From: Alphaproteobacteria bacterium
GTDB lineage: Bacteria > Pseudomonadota > Alphaproteobacteria > UBA6615
NCBI GenBank assembly: GCA_009694135.1
Contig: SHVS01000011.1
Coordinates: forward strand, 3,972-67,971
Direction of reading: 5' to 3'
DNA: 64,000 bases
The position numbers were made by a program, and so were the translations under genes. The notes under the pieces are model-generated. The model was given only the letters and a program-made list of their open reading frames with translations, was not told where the DNA came from and ran no database searches. Shown here piece by piece: positions 23,415 through 34,777 of the stretch. Numbering within the stretch: the stretch's first letter is position 1; every line of letters begins with the position of its first letter.

Positions 23415-24275
23415 TTAGGGCGCCAGCTCTTCGCGGGTCAGCGGCTCGGCATAAAGGCCAAGGCGCGCCACGCGCGCGAAGATCGGCGAAAGGCGGGCGA
23501 AGCAGCGCGTGACCCGCTCTTCGGCGGGATCGACGGCGCCTCTGACATCGGCCAGATGCAGGCTGCGCCCGGCGCGCGCGGTAGCCGGATCGCTGGCGAG
23601 GATCGCCGGCGGCAGCTGTCCCGCTTCCATGGCCGCGTGCAGCTTGGCGCGGCTAAGCGGCTCCGTGGTCTCGATCACCAGGAGCGTGCGATCGCGGCCG
23701 GTCGTCTCGAACTCCGCCCGGGCGATGACCAAGCCCTCGCTGGATGCCGAGCCGGCGGCAAACGGCAGACGCGTGACCACGCGCAAGCCGAACTCGACAT
23801 TACGGGCCAGCAGCGTCCACCACGGGTTGGGGTCCTCGGGCATTGGCAACGGAAGGATGCCGACCGAGGCCTTGCCTTCGGCGACGCAGGCCACGACTTG
23901 GCCCGCAGAGGCGAAGAGTTGCAACGGCACCGAAGCGCCAAAGTGATCGTGCGCCAATTCCCAGCTGCCGCTGCCGTCGGGCCCGCGTAGCGCCGCCGCG
24001 CGGAAATCGATCTGCTGGCGGATGCCGGCGCCCTGGATCTCGCGCCAAAGCCGCACCAAGCTAGGCTTGGAAAAGGGCCCGCGGTGGCGCGCGACGATGC
24101 GGCGCAAGACCTCGGCCTCGCGCCCCGGGCGATACCAGTGGGCGTTGCTTTGCCGTTTGATCTGCGCGATCTCTTCCACCACGCCGGAGCGCTCGATCAA
24201 CAGATCGTGCAAGCGGTCGTCGATCGCATCGATACGGCGACGCAGCCCGTCAAGGCCTGGGGCAGGTGCGCTCAT
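23415..24275 (-). CDS. chorismate mutase with degenerate PheA-like C-terminal domain
   Basis: [37 protein letters not shown]; upstream of hisC-tyrC. Confidence 0.85.
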   Translation of the reverse strand: MSAPAPGLDGLRRRIDAIDDRLHDLLIERSGVVEEIAQIKRQSNAHWYRPGREAEVLRRIVARHRGPFSKPSLVRLWREIQGAGIRQQIDFRAAALRGPDGSGSWELAHDHFGASVPLQLFASAGQVVACVAEGKASVGILPLPMPEDPNPWWTLLARNVEFGLRVVTRLPFAAGSASSEGLVIARAEFETTGRDRTLLVIETTEPLSRAKLHAAMEAGQLPPAILASDPATARAGRSLHLADVRGAVDPAEERVTRCFARLSPIFARVARLGLYAEPLTREELAP

Positions 24276-24346
24276 GTCCAGTTCGCAGGGTATGAATGCA
24301 ACGTCTGTGTGAGTGACACGACGCGTTGCCAAAAGCAAAGAAAACC

Positions 24347-24352
24347 TTGACA
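24347..24352 (+). promoter_or_regulatory. possible sigma70 -35 element for metX
   Basis: Perfect TTGACA after an A-rich tract, about 90 nt upstream of metX; -10 not clear. Confidence 0.35.
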
Positions 24353-24439
24353 GTTGAGGCCGATCCGCCACGTCTTGCGCCTCTTTACTGGCCACCTCGG
24401 GCCGCTTGTTCGCGCGCCAAGAATGGGAGGAGGGGCGTC

Positions 24440-25639
24440 ATGTCTGGTTCGTCAAACAGTCCTGGCCCTACCGCCGCCGAGCGCCCACTCGGTTTCGCTC
24501 GCCTGCGCGATCTTCCCGGCCATAGGCTGGACCGCCATGGCCAGCCACCATTGCCGCTCGATTGCGGCGTGGCGCTGGGCGATCTGACCATCGCCTACCA
24601 GACCTACGGCCAGCTTAACGCCGACCGCAGCAACGCCATATTGGTGTGCCATGCGCTGACCGGCGATCAGTTCGCGGCCGAGCAGCATCCGGTTACCGGC
24701 AAGCCCGGCTGGTGGCAGCGTGTCATCCGTAGCGGGGGCCCGCTCGATCTGGCGCGCTACCATATCATCTGCGCCAATGTGCTCGGCGGCTGTATGGGTA
24801 CGACCGGCCCGACCGAGGTCAACCCGGCGACCGGCGAGGTCTATGGCTTGCGTTTCCCGGTCATCACCATCCGCGACATGGTGCGGGCGCAGAAGCTGCT
24901 GATCGATCATCTCGGCATTGACCGGTTGTTCGCCGTGATCGGCGGCTCGATGGGCGCGATGCAGGCGCTGCAATGGGCGGTCGATTATCCGGAGCGCGTC
25001 TTCGCCGTGGTCCCGATCGCCGGCGCGGCACGCCATTCGGCGCAGAACATCGCCTTCCATGAGGTCGGTCGGCAGGCGATCATGGCCGATCCGGAATGGT
25101 GCGGCGGCGACTACCTGCGCCAGGGCAAGCGTCCGGAACGCGGCTTGGCCGTCGCGCGCATGGCGGCGCATATCACCTATCTGTCGGAGCCGGCGCTGCA
25201 CCGCAAATTCGGCCGCACGCTGCAGAACCGGGCGCATGTCACCTATGGCTTCGACGCCGACTTCCAGGTCGAGAGCTATCTGCGCCACCAGGGGTCGAGC
25301 TTCGTCGAACGCTTCGACGCCAACTCGTACCTCTACATCACGCGGGCGATGGATTACTTCGATCTAGCCGGCGACCATGGCGGTGTTTTGGCCAATGCCT
25401 TCCGCGGCTCGGTCGCGCGCTTTCTGCTGATCAGCTTTTCATCGGATTGGTTATTCCCCACGCCCGACTCGCGCGAGATCGTGCACGCGCTCAATGCCGT
25501 GGCCGCGCGCGTCTCCTTCGTCGAGATCGAGACCGACGCGGGGCATGATGCCTTTCTGCTCGACGTGCCGGAGTTCTGGCGCACGCTGACCGGCTTTTTG
25601 GACGGCGCGGCGGAACAGCGCGGGATCGTGCGCCCATGA
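24440..25639 (+). CDS. metX: homoserine O-acetyltransferase (MetX family)
   Basis: [47 protein letters not shown]. Confidence 0.93.
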   Translation: MSGSSNSPGPTAAERPLGFARLRDLPGHRLDRHGQPPLPLDCGVALGDLTIAYQTYGQLNADRSNAILVCHALTGDQFAAEQHPVTGKPGWWQRVIRSGGPLDLARYHIICANVLGGCMGTTGPTEVNPATGEVYGLRFPVITIRDMVRAQKLLIDHLGIDRLFAVIGGSMGAMQALQWAVDYPERVFAVVPIAGAARHSAQNIAFHEVGRQAIMADPEWCGGDYLRQGKRPERGLAVARMAAHITYLSEPALHRKFGRTLQNRAHVTYGFDADFQVESYLRHQGSSFVERFDANSYLYITRAMDYFDLAGDHGGVLANAFRGSVARFLLISFSSDWLFPTPDSREIVHALNAVAARVSFVEIETDAGHDAFLLDVPEFWRTLTGFLDGAAEQRGIVRP

Positions 25640-26259
25640 ACCGGCCGGCGACCTGGACCGCGCCGCAGGGGGGCAAGATCCGCCTCGATTTGCAAATGGT
25701 CGCCGACATGGTCGAGGCCGGCAGCCGGGTACTCGATGTTGGTGCCGGCGACGGCACGCTGCTCGCCTATCTGGTGCATGGCAAGCAGGCCGACGGACGC
25801 GGTATCGAGATCGCGCGCGACGGCGTGACCGCCTGCGTGTCGCAAGGGCTGGCCGTCATCCAGGGCGACGCCGAGGAAGACCTCAAGGACTACCCGGCCG
25901 ACTGCTTCGACTATGTGATCCTGTCGCAGACCCTGCATGCGATGCGCGACGTGCGCGGCGCGCTGGAGCAGCTGCTCCGCATCGGCCGGCGCGCTATCGT
26001 GAGTTTCCACAATTACGGCCATTGGCGGATGCGCGGCTATTTCCTGTTCCGCGGGCGGGTGCCGCTGATCCACGCGCGCAGCTGGTCGGATACGCCCAAC
26101 ATCCATCCGTGCTCGATCGTCGATTTCCTGACGCTGGCCGAAGGTATGGGGATCAAAATCGAGCGCGCCATCACTTTGAATGGTCGCGGCCGGAAGGTCG
26201 GCGGGCCGTTCGTGAATTTGCGCGCCGAGCAGGCGGTGTTTTTGCTCAGCCGGGCCTAG
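25636..26259 (+). CDS. metW: methionine biosynthesis protein MetW
   Basis: [31 protein letters not shown]; coupled to metX. Confidence 0.92.
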   Translation: MNRPATWTAPQGGKIRLDLQMVADMVEAGSRVLDVGAGDGTLLAYLVHGKQADGRGIEIARDGVTACVSQGLAVIQGDAEEDLKDYPADCFDYVILSQTLHAMRDVRGALEQLLRIGRRAIVSFHNYGHWRMRGYFLFRGRVPLIHARSWSDTPNIHPCSIVDFLTLAEGMGIKIERAITLNGRGRKVGGPFVNLRAEQAVFLLSRA

Positions 26260-26342
26260 CTTTTTGCCCCCAGCGCCGGCCGGTGTCGGCGAAGAGCAGG
26301 GGCCTCGCCGATGTGACCACCGGCAAGGCCCCAGTCAAAAAC

Positions 26343-28994
26343 CTAGCTCTGGCCCTCGCCTATAAACCGGTTCCACCAGCCGCGCTTGCGCGGCGGAGCG
26401 TCGCCGGCCGCGGGTTCCGGAGCGGATGCGGCGGCGCCATTGGTATGCGCGCTGACGACCGGCGCGGCCTGGGGCGGAGCGACCTCAGTCGGCGGTGTTA
26501 CCGGTTCAGCAATGGTTAGGGGCTCGACCGTGACTGCGGCCGGCGCCTCGGCCTCCATGGCCACGCGGGCGCGCGAAGGCCGCCGCCGCACGCGCGGTGC
26601 GTTCTCCAATGCAAAGGCTTCTCCCGCGATCGGAGCAAACTCCGGTGTCGCGTGTGTCTCCGGCGCCTCGACCGACATCATCGGCTCGCGTTCCAGCGCC
26701 GCCATGGCGGCGACGGTCGGCGGCACAGTCGCCGCGGATGCGCTGGCGGCGAAATCCGGCATCGCATCGGGCGAACTCTCGGGCTGCACCGGAAAGGGGC
26801 CCGGCACTAAGTCTTCGGGACCTCCCGGTGTGCGTGGTGCGCTGGTCTCGGTACCTGCGGTCTCGAAACCCGGAGCGCCCTCGCGGCCGCGGCCGCCGCG
26901 ACCCCGACGTCGACCGCCGCGCCTTCCGCGCCGACGGCGACGGCCTTGCTGGCCCTCGCCCGCTTCATCGCCGGGACGCGGCGAAGCTGGTGCGGGAGGC
27001 AGTGAATTCCCATCGGCATCCGTGGCCGCAACCGTCTTGATCCCGACGTCTGATTCGGCTGACGCGGCGAGGGCGACCGGGGCAGGAAAAGGCGCTGCGG
27101 TTAGTGGCGTCGTATCGCGCTGTCCGCCGCGGTCGTCTCCTGGACGCCGCCTACGCCGGCGCTGGCGACGGCGGTCGCGGCCTTCTTCCCCGTGCTCGGT
27201 TTTCCGTGGCTCGCCATCTTGTGTTGGCTGTGACTGCTGGCCAGGCTCGGGCTGGGGGGCTTCCGCGGACTCGTCTTCTGTCTCCTCGGTCTCGTCCGCC
27301 TCGATGGGCTCGGGCTCGGGCGCGACGCGCACCGGCTCCGGCGTCGGGGGCGGGACTGGGACCAGAGAGGCGCGGTGCTCCACCCTGAAGTCCGGCTGAA
27401 TGATCGTCGCATCGGGCGTGAAAATCACGCGGAAGGCGTAGCGCTGTTCGATGGCGGAGAGCGCCGCGCGCTTGTGATTGAGGATGTAGAGCGCGACCGA
27501 TTCCGGCAGGTTCAGCACCAACTCGCCGCCGCGCTGGCGCATGCCTTCCTCTTCCAGAGCGCGCAACAGGCGCAGGGCGCTGGATTCGGTCGATCGAATG
27601 TGTCCGACGCCGCCGCACGTCGGGCAGGGCAGGTTATTCGCCTCGACCATGCTCGGCCGCAAACGCTGGCGCGAAAGCTCAAGCAAGCCGAAGGGCGAGA
27701 TGCGCCCGACCTGCAAACGCGCGCGGTCGCTCTTCATCGCGTCCTTGAGCACGCGCTCGACGGTTGCATTGTTGCGCGCGTGCTCCATGTCGATAAAGTC
27801 AATCACGATCAGCCCGGCCAGGTCGCGCAGCCGGAGCTGGCGCGCGACTTCCTCGGCCGCCTCGCGATTGGTGGCTAGCGCTGTTTCCTCGATGTTACGC
27901 TCGCGGGTGGCGCGGCCGGAGTTGACGTCGATCGCGACCAGCGCTTCGGTCTGGTTGAGAACGATATAGCCGCCAGAGCGGAGCTTGACCGTGGGCTTCT
28001 GGATCTCGTCGAGCTGTGATTCAATGTGGAAGCGGTGGAACAGCGGCGATGCCGCCTCGGCATAGTACTGCACGCGCTTGGTATGCGAGGGCAGCATGGT
28101 CTTCATGAAGGCCTTGGCGGTCTTGTAGGCCTCTTCGCCCTCGACCAGGACTTCCTCGATCTCCTTGGCATAGATGTCGCGCAGCGCGCGCTTGATGATA
28201 TTGGCCTCTTCGTGGATCAGGCACGGCGCCGTCGAATTGAGCGTGCGTTCGCGGATTTCGTCCCACAGCCGGCGCAGATATTCATAGTCGCGCTTGATCT
28301 CGGCCTTGCTGCGTTCCATGCCGGCCGTGCGCAGGATGACCGCCATGCCGGGCAGGACCGCCAGCTCGCCCAGGATCGCCTTGAGCCTGCGGCGGTCCTC
28401 GCTGCTTGAAATCTTGCGGCTGATGCCGCCGCCGGAGGCGGTGTTGGGCATCAACACGCAATAGCGTCCGGCGAGCGACAGGTAAGTGGTCAGCGCCGCG
28501 CCCTTGTTGCCGCGCTCTTCCTTGACGACTTGCACCAAGAGGATCTGTCGCCGCTTGATGACCTCTTGAATTTTGTAGCGGCGTGAGAGGGCATTGATCC
28601 GTTGCCGCTCGGTCGCGCCGGCGCGGGCGAAATCCTCGGTCTCGTCGCCGCCGACCGAATCGACGCTCTCGCCGGTCTTGGCCCCCTCGTCCTCGCGCTC
28701 TTCCTCGCCGCTTGCTTGCTGGGCAAGCAGCGCCTCGCGATCCGAGATCGGGATGCGGTAGTAATCCGGATGGATTTCGTTGAAGGCGAGGAACCCGTGC
28801 CGATTCCCGCCGTACTCGACAAAGGCGGCTTGGAGCGAGGGCTCTACGCGGACGACCTTGGCGAGGTAGACATTGCCCTTGAGCTGCTTCTTGGTCGAAG
28901 TCTCGTGATCAAACTCGACCAGTCGATTTCCGTCGATCACCGCGACGCGGGTTTCTTCCGCGTGCGTGGCGTTGATGAGCATACGTTGCGTCAT
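26343..28994 (-). CDS. rne: ribonuclease E (Rne/Rng family)
   Basis: S1 domain (GNVYLAKVVRVEPSLQAAF), IDVNSG, LRDLAGLIVIDFIDM, CPTC Zn-link; disordered R/E-rich C-terminus ending GWW. Confidence 0.95.
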   Translation of the reverse strand: MTQRMLINATHAEETRVAVIDGNRLVEFDHETSTKKQLKGNVYLAKVVRVEPSLQAAFVEYGGNRHGFLAFNEIHPDYYRIPISDREALLAQQASGEEEREDEGAKTGESVDSVGGDETEDFARAGATERQRINALSRRYKIQEVIKRRQILLVQVVKEERGNKGAALTTYLSLAGRYCVLMPNTASGGGISRKISSSEDRRRLKAILGELAVLPGMAVILRTAGMERSKAEIKRDYEYLRRLWDEIRERTLNSTAPCLIHEEANIIKRALRDIYAKEIEEVLVEGEEAYKTAKAFMKTMLPSHTKRVQYYAEAASPLFHRFHIESQLDEIQKPTVKLRSGGYIVLNQTEALVAIDVNSGRATRERNIEETALATNREAAEEVARQLRLRDLAGLIVIDFIDMEHARNNATVERVLKDAMKSDRARLQVGRISPFGLLELSRQRLRPSMVEANNLPCPTCGGVGHIRSTESSALRLLRALEEEGMRQRGGELVLNLPESVALYILNHKRAALSAIEQRYAFRVIFTPDATIIQPDFRVEHRASLVPVPPPTPEPVRVAPEPEPIEADETEETEDESAEAPQPEPGQQSQPTQDGEPRKTEHGEEGRDRRRQRRRRRRPGDDRGGQRDTTPLTAAPFPAPVALAASAESDVGIKTVAATDADGNSLPPAPASPRPGDEAGEGQQGRRRRRGRRGGRRRGRGGRGREGAPGFETAGTETSAPRTPGGPEDLVPGPFPVQPESSPDAMPDFAASASAATVPPTVAAMAALEREPMMSVEAPETHATPEFAPIAGEAFALENAPRVRRRPSRARVAMEAEAPAAVTVEPLTIAEPVTPPTEVAPPQAAPVVSAHTNGAAASAPEPAAGDAPPRKRGWWNRFIGEGQS

Positions 28995-29428
28995 TCAGTG
29001 TTGTTCCTATGGAGTCGATGGCGACGCTCTGGCGGCCGGGGCACGGCTCCGGCGCAAACTGCGCCAGGCGTCCGCGCGAATCCCGGTCCAGCCGAGTCGC
29101 ACCATGAGGGATGAGATATGTGGGAGAAAAAGAAGCGCAGCGCCCGCGCGCCATCGGTGTACGCGGCGCGGCGGCACCAACCGAACCCAGTCGCGGGGTG
29201 TGGCGCGGCGCGGCCGGGAATTCCCGGCTTATCGCGCGCGAAGTCGCGTTGGTTGAGACCTCGGTCGGTTGCGTGACGAACATTTATCCTGGATTTCAGA
29301 TCCGGGTTTCACCTATTGTGGCGCCCGCAGCGCGGCAATCCCTTGGCCCAAGCCCCCCTGGTCCAAGCAGTGACTAAGGATTGGCGCTACGGACCGGCTG
29401 TACACGCAATATATGGTTCGGCGCAAGA

Positions 29429-30601
29429 GTGATTAAAGCTGGGGGCCTCGCGGCGCTGCTGTTTTTTATGGTTGCCGGGACGGTGTCGGCGGCGCCGACG
29501 TTGGCTGTCCTCGACGTGCGTCTTGGCGTGCATCCGACCTATACCCGAGTCGTGCTCGATTTAAGTGCCTCCGCGCAGCCGAAGGTGTTCGGCCTGGTCG
29601 ATCCCTACCGTATCGTGATCGAATTGCCGGAATCAGCGTGGCCCCGCCTGCCGACCCCGAACGACGCCGGTGGGCTGGTGGCGCGGGCGCGCTGGTCGAC
29701 GGTGCGCCCCGGAGTCGGACAGGTGGTCCTGGGCTTGACCGGGCCGGTGCAAATCTATGCCCAAATGATGTTGCCCCCGAGCGAAGGTGCGCCGTGGCGC
29801 TTCGTGCTCGACCTTGCTCCCGGGACCAAGGAAACTTTCGCGCAAGGGGCGGCTGCTCCGCAGCCCCGGCCCAAGCCGCGCGAATTGAGCGCGCAGCCGG
29901 TCCGCAAGCCGGTTGTGGTCATCGATCCCGGCCATGGCGGGGCCGACCCGGGAACGATCGGCCCGAGCGGAGTGCCGGAAAAGGAACTCGTGCTGGCCTA
30001 TGCGCGCAGCCTGCGCGAGGCGCTGCTCGCGACGGGCCGCATCGATGTCGTTATGACGCGCAACGCCGATGTGTTCATGCCGCTGCGCGCACGTAACGAG
30101 CTGGCGCATGGGGCCGGGGCCGATCTTTTCGTCTCGCTGCATGTCGACAGCGAGCCGACGCATAGCAGCCGCGGGTTTTCGCTCTATATCCTCTCGGAGA
30201 ATGCCACCGACACCGAGGCCGCGGCGCTGGCGGCCAAGGAAAACAAGGCCGACATCATCGCCGGCGTCGATCTGGGGCAATACCCGGCTGAAGTCGCCAA
30301 TATCCTGATCGATTTTGCTCAGGCCAAGACCAATGAGATGTCGATGTCCTTCGCCCGCGACTACATTTTGACCGAAATCGGCCCGCTGACCCCGCTGGTC
30401 CAGCGCCCGCTCAAAAGCGCCGGATTCGCCGTGCTCAAGCTGCCGGACGTGCCGTCGATCTTGGTCGAACTGGGATATTTGAGCCACGCGGCCGAAGAAA
30501 AGACCCTGTTGCGCGACGACCACCGGCGTAAGATCGCCCAGGCGACCGCCAAAGCGATTGACCGGTACTTTACCGAAACTCGGCAGCTGCGCAGGCCGTA
30601 A
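29429..30601 (+). CDS. amiC: N-acetylmuramoyl-L-alanine amidase (AMIN + Amidase_3)
   Basis: Signal peptide, TRVVLDL, VVIDPGHGGADPG, FVSLHVD, SAGFAVLK.PDVPSILVELGYLS; start approximate. Confidence 0.9.
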   Translation: MIKAGGLAALLFFMVAGTVSAAPTLAVLDVRLGVHPTYTRVVLDLSASAQPKVFGLVDPYRIVIELPESAWPRLPTPNDAGGLVARARWSTVRPGVGQVVLGLTGPVQIYAQMMLPPSEGAPWRFVLDLAPGTKETFAQGAAAPQPRPKPRELSAQPVRKPVVVIDPGHGGADPGTIGPSGVPEKELVLAYARSLREALLATGRIDVVMTRNADVFMPLRARNELAHGAGADLFVSLHVDSEPTHSSRGFSLYILSENATDTEAAALAAKENKADIIAGVDLGQYPAEVANILIDFAQAKTNEMSMSFARDYILTEIGPLTPLVQRPLKSAGFAVLKLPDVPSILVELGYLSHAAEEKTLLRDDHRRKIAQATAKAIDRYFTETRQLRRP

Positions 30602-30695
30602 TCATGCCATACTCGGACGCTAGGAATACGGCCCCGACAGACGTCTCCGCGACCGGCGAGCGGCGCGGTATTATCGCATCAGGAAGAGGCTAGGG

Positions 30696-33128
30696 TTGCT
30701 CCGCAAATTGGTGGTTCGTCTGTTCTGGCTTTTGGGTGCTGTCGCGGTGCTCGCGATCGGTGGCGCGGCGACTGTTGGCTATGTGTTCTGGAAATACGGC
30801 CAGGACCTTCCGGACCATTCGCAACTCGCGACTTATGAGCCGCCGGTGGCGACGCGCGTGTTGACCGGCGACGGCGCCTTGTTGGCCGAATATGCCGTCG
30901 AGCGGCGCGTCTTCGTGCCGGTCGGCGCCATTCCGCCCAGGGTCAAGAACGCCTTCCTGGCCGCCGAGGACCAGCATTTTTACAGTCACTTCGGCATCGA
31001 TCCGATGGGGCTCATGCGTGCCATTGTGACCAATGTGCAAAACGCGGGTAGCGGCCGCCGTCCGATCGGCGCTTCGACCATTACGCAGCAGGTGGCGCAG
31101 GTCTTCCTGATAACGAAGGAAGTGACGATCGAGCGCAAGATCCGCGAGTGGATTCTGGCGATCCGGCTCGAGCGGACCTACACCAAGGACCGTATCCTCG
31201 AACTGTACCTGAACGAAATCTATCTCGGCTATGGCGCCTATGGCGTGGCGGCCGCGGCCCGCAACTACTTCGACAAATCGCTTGAGGATCTGACGGTCGC
31301 CGAAGCGGCCTATCTCGCGGCCCTTCCCAAGGCGCCGAACAACTATCACCCGATCCGCCATACCGATGCCGCCACGACGCGGCGCGACTACGTCATCGAG
31401 CGCATGTTGGAAGACGGCTACATCACGCGCGATGAGGCGGATGCCGCTTCCGCCACGCCACTCGCGGTTTCGCCGCCGGCCGAAGGCGTCGCGGCGGTCA
31501 GCGCCGAATACTTCGCCGAAGAAGTGCGCCGTACCGTTGCCACGCGCTATGGCGAGACCGCGCTGTACAAAGGCGGGCTGACGGTTCGCACGACGCTCGA
31601 CACCCGGATGCAGCGCATCGCCGAGCCGGCGCTGCGCCTCGGGCTGATCGAGTATGACCGGCGCCATGGCTATCGTGGTCCGTTGGGGCGCATCGAGCCT
31701 GCCGATGGCGCGTTTTCACCTGATTGGCCGCAGCGTTTGGCCCAGGTTGCTGTGCCGGCGGGCGCTGACATATTTCGCGTGGCCTTGGTGACCAAGCTCG
31801 ACGCCGAGTCCGCTACTCTTGGCTTCGCTGACGGTGCTGCGGGCACGATACCTCTGGCCGAGTTGAAATGGGCGCGGCGGGCCCGCGAAGGACTGGCGCT
31901 CGGACCCAGCGTGCGGACGCCCGCCGATGCGCTCGCCGTGGGCGAAATCGTTCTGGTCGATCCGCTCTCATCCGACGGGAAACCGGACGCCAAGGCCGAT
32001 CATTACACGCTGCGCCAAGTGCCGCAGGTTTCGGGCGCGATCGTCGCGCTCGATCCGCACACCGGTCGCGTGCTGGCGATGGTCGGCGGCTTCAGCAGCG
32101 CCATCAGCGAGTATAACCGGGCAACTCAGGCACGGCGGCAGCCGGGTTCGGCCTTCAAGCCCTTCGTCTATATGACCGCCCTCGACAATGGATACACGCC
32201 TGCCTCGATCATTCTCGACGCGCCCTTCGTGATCGACCAGGGCGCCCGTCTCGGCATGTGGAAGCCGGACAACTACGAGGACCAGTTCTATGGCCCCTCG
32301 ACCCTGCGCCTCGGCGTCGAGAAATCGCGTAATTTGATGACCGTGCGGCTCGCCCAGTCGGTCGGCATGGACAAGATCGCCGCCACGGCCAAGCGTTTCG
32401 GCGTGGTCGACGATATGCCGGAATATCTGTCGATGGCGCTCGGCTCGGCCGAGACCTCGCTGCTCCGTCTGGCGACCGCCTATGGCATGATCGTCAATGG
32501 CGGCAAGCGGATCGAGCCGACCTTTCTCGATCGCGTGCAGGATCGCTACGGCGTCACGGTCTTTCGCCACGATGGCCGCAATTGCACCGGCTGCCAGCGC
32601 GTCTGGGACAACGGCGAGCCGCCGATTCCCCCCGATCTGCGCCCGCGCGTGATTGGCGCCGACACCGCCTATCAAATGGTGTCGATCTTGCAGGGCGTGG
32701 TCGAGCGCGGCACCGGCAAAATAATTTCCGATCTTGGCCGGCCATTGGCCGGCAAGACGGGCACGACCAACGAAAGCCGCGACAACTGGTTCGTCGGGTT
32801 TTCGCCCGACTTGGTGGTCGGCGTCTATATCGGTTACGACCAGCCGCGTTCGCTCGGTCAGCGCGAAACCGGCGCGGCGACCGCCGCGCCGATCTTCAAG
32901 CGCTTTATGGCCGAAGCCCTCAAGGATGCGCCCAAGACGCCTTTCCGCATTCCGCCCGGCATTCGCCTGGTGCGCGTCAGCGCGGCCACCGGCCAGCCTG
33001 CGAAACCCGGCGATCGCGACGTGATCCTTGAGGCGTTCAAGACCGACCAGGACGCGCCGCGCGAGGCGGCCGCCGGCGGACAGACACCCGGTCCCGCGGG
33101 AGAGAAGCTGCGCGCCGGCCAATACTGA
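30696..33128 (+). CDS. mrcA: penicillin-binding protein 1A
   Basis: AAEDQHF..H.G, GASTITQQVA, RQPGSAFKP, SRN, GKTGTTN. Confidence 0.93.
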   Translation: MLRKLVVRLFWLLGAVAVLAIGGAATVGYVFWKYGQDLPDHSQLATYEPPVATRVLTGDGALLAEYAVERRVFVPVGAIPPRVKNAFLAAEDQHFYSHFGIDPMGLMRAIVTNVQNAGSGRRPIGASTITQQVAQVFLITKEVTIERKIREWILAIRLERTYTKDRILELYLNEIYLGYGAYGVAAAARNYFDKSLEDLTVAEAAYLAALPKAPNNYHPIRHTDAATTRRDYVIERMLEDGYITRDEADAASATPLAVSPPAEGVAAVSAEYFAEEVRRTVATRYGETALYKGGLTVRTTLDTRMQRIAEPALRLGLIEYDRRHGYRGPLGRIEPADGAFSPDWPQRLAQVAVPAGADIFRVALVTKLDAESATLGFADGAAGTIPLAELKWARRAREGLALGPSVRTPADALAVGEIVLVDPLSSDGKPDAKADHYTLRQVPQVSGAIVALDPHTGRVLAMVGGFSSAISEYNRATQARRQPGSAFKPFVYMTALDNGYTPASIILDAPFVIDQGARLGMWKPDNYEDQFYGPSTLRLGVEKSRNLMTVRLAQSVGMDKIAATAKRFGVVDDMPEYLSMALGSAETSLLRLATAYGMIVNGGKRIEPTFLDRVQDRYGVTVFRHDGRNCTGCQRVWDNGEPPIPPDLRPRVIGADTAYQMVSILQGVVERGTGKIISDLGRPLAGKTGTTNESRDNWFVGFSPDLVVGVYIGYDQPRSLGQRETGAATAAPIFKRFMAEALKDAPKTPFRIPPGIRLVRVSAATGQPAKPGDRDVILEAFKTDQDAPREAAAGGQTPGPAGEKLRAGQY

Positions 33129-33219
33129 GCTAGTTCTGCGGCTTGCGGCTCCCACCGAGCCATGACAGGGTGCCGGCGCGCCAAGCCTGACCGAATCCTC
33201 TTTTCGCGAGTGACTGCCG

Positions 33220-34339
33220 ATGCGCGCCGAAATTGCGCAGCTTGCCGATGCCATCCGCAAATCCTTAAGCCTGCTTGGGAGGCACCTTTGACCCGGTGCG
33301 GACCGAAGCGCGACTGAAGGAACTCGAGGCCTTCGCCAGCGACCCCGCATTGTGGAACGATCGTGTGCGCGCGCAAGCGACCATGCGCGAACGCACCCAA
33401 CTCGAACGCGCGCTCAAGCGGTTTCGCGATGTCGAAAGCGAACTCGCCGATCTCGTGGGCTTGATCGAGTTGGGCGAGGCCGAAGCGGATGCATCGGTGG
33501 TGGCGGAGGCCGAGGCCGGGTTGCGCCGGCTCAAGGACCAGACCGCCAAATACGAACTTGAAAGCCTGCTCTCCGGCGAGGCGGACGGCAACGATGCCTA
33601 CGTCGAAATTCACGCTGGCGCCGGCGGCACCGAATCCCAGGACTGGGCCGAGATGCTGCAGCGCATGTATATGCGCTGGGCCGAGGACCACGGCTATAAG
33701 GTCGAAGGCATCGAAGAGAGCCCGGGCGAAGAGGCCGGGATCAAATCGGCCACGCTGCTGATCAGCGGCGAAAATGCCTTCGGTTGGCTCAAGTCGGAAT
33801 CGGGCGTGCATCGGCTGGTGCGTATTTCCCCCTACGACAGTCAGTCGCGCCGCCACACCAGCTTCGCATCGATCTGGGTCTATCCGGTGGTCGATGAAAC
33901 GATCACGATCGAGATCCAGGACAAGGATCTGCGCATCGACACCTATCGCGCCTCGGGCAAGGGCGGGCAGCACGTCAACAAGACCGACAGCGCGGTGCGC
34001 ATCACGCATCTGCCCTCCGGCATTGCGGTCGCCTGCCAAAGCGACCGCTCGCAGCACCGCAACAAGGCGACGGCGATGGCGATGCTGAAAGCGCGGCTGT
34101 ACGAGGTTGAACTGCGCAAGCGCGAGGAAGCGGCGCAGGCGGTCGAGGCGAGCAAGACCGAGATCGGCTGGGGCCGGCAGATCCGCAGCTATGTGCTGCA
34201 GCCTTATCAGATGGTGAAAGACCTCCGTACCGGGGTCGAAACGAGCCAGACCGGCGCGGTGCTCGACGGTGATATCGACCGCTTCCTCGAAGCCTCGCTG
34301 GCGCAGAAGATCACCTCGACGCACGCCGTCGAGGGGTGA
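33220..34339 (+). CDS. prfB: peptide chain release factor 2, translated via programmed +1 frameshift
   Basis: ATG 33220, 23 codons to CTT TGA C; +1 frame carries the SPY tripeptide (SPF-equivalent) and GGQ. Confidence 0.95.
33277..33292 (+). other. prfB +1 ribosomal frameshift cassette
   Basis: Internal SD GGGAGG, 3-nt spacer CAC, then CTT TGA C. Confidence 0.93.
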
Positions 34340-34363
34340 CCGTCGGTCGCCTTCCAGCGCGCG

Positions 34364-34777
34364 TCAAGGCGGCGTCAGGCGGTCCCACAGACACAACTCG
34401 CCGCCCGTCTCGCGTTCGAGATAGGCGATTACGTTCTCCCGTTCCGTTTTATCGGCGATACCGGCGAAACCCATGCGCGTGCCGCGGACATTGGCGAGCG
34501 GGGAGGTCAAAAACTTGTCTAATCTGTCGCGGGTCCAGGTGATCCCGGAGACTTTCAGCGCGGCGGAATAGGTCGGATAGCGCATGTGCCCGGCGGCCTT
34601 GCGGCCCATAACGCCGCATAGGCTGGGGCCAATCGCGGCGGTGTTGTTCTCTTGCGGGTGGCAGGTGATACAGTCCTGCCCGGCGATGCCGAATTGCACC
34701 TTGCCCTTGTCCGCATCGGTCGCACCTGCCGGCGCACTCGCGATCAGGAGCGCGAGGGTAAACGTGGCCGCGCGCAT
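34364..34777 (-). CDS. class I cytochrome c (c2-like), secreted
   Basis: Signal peptide, CITCH, IGPSL.GV.GRKA, YSAALK, GTRMGFAG. Confidence 0.88.
   Translation of the reverse strand: MRAATFTLALLIASAPAGATDADKGKVQFGIAGQDCITCHPQENNTAAIGPSLCGVMGRKAAGHMRYPTYSAALKVSGITWTRDRLDKFLTSPLANVRGTRMGFAGIADKTERENVIAYLERETGGELCLWDRLTPP

Noticed and set aside
21713..23512. Long antisense/alternative-frame ORFs (599 aa here; also 2563-3855, 17325-18917, 32858-34324, 46098-47369, 59686-60987)
   Set aside because: They shadow well-supported genes, have Arg/Ala/Gly-rich composition without motifs, and are expected in high-GC DNA.
24353..24439. SAM-II (SAM-alpha) riboswitch expected upstream of metX
   Set aside because: I could not match the characteristic consensus by eye; an Infernal scan would be needed.
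26343..27350. Arg-rich/acidic low-complexity tail of RNase E as a novel domain
   Set aside because: A disordered charge-patterned C-terminus with a terminal GWW motif is a known feature of alphaproteobacterial RNase E.
29404..29419. NrdR-box-like ACGCAATATATGGTTC
   Set aside because: Single imperfect copy in front of amiC, not a nucleotide-reduction gene; likely chance or part of a promoter.
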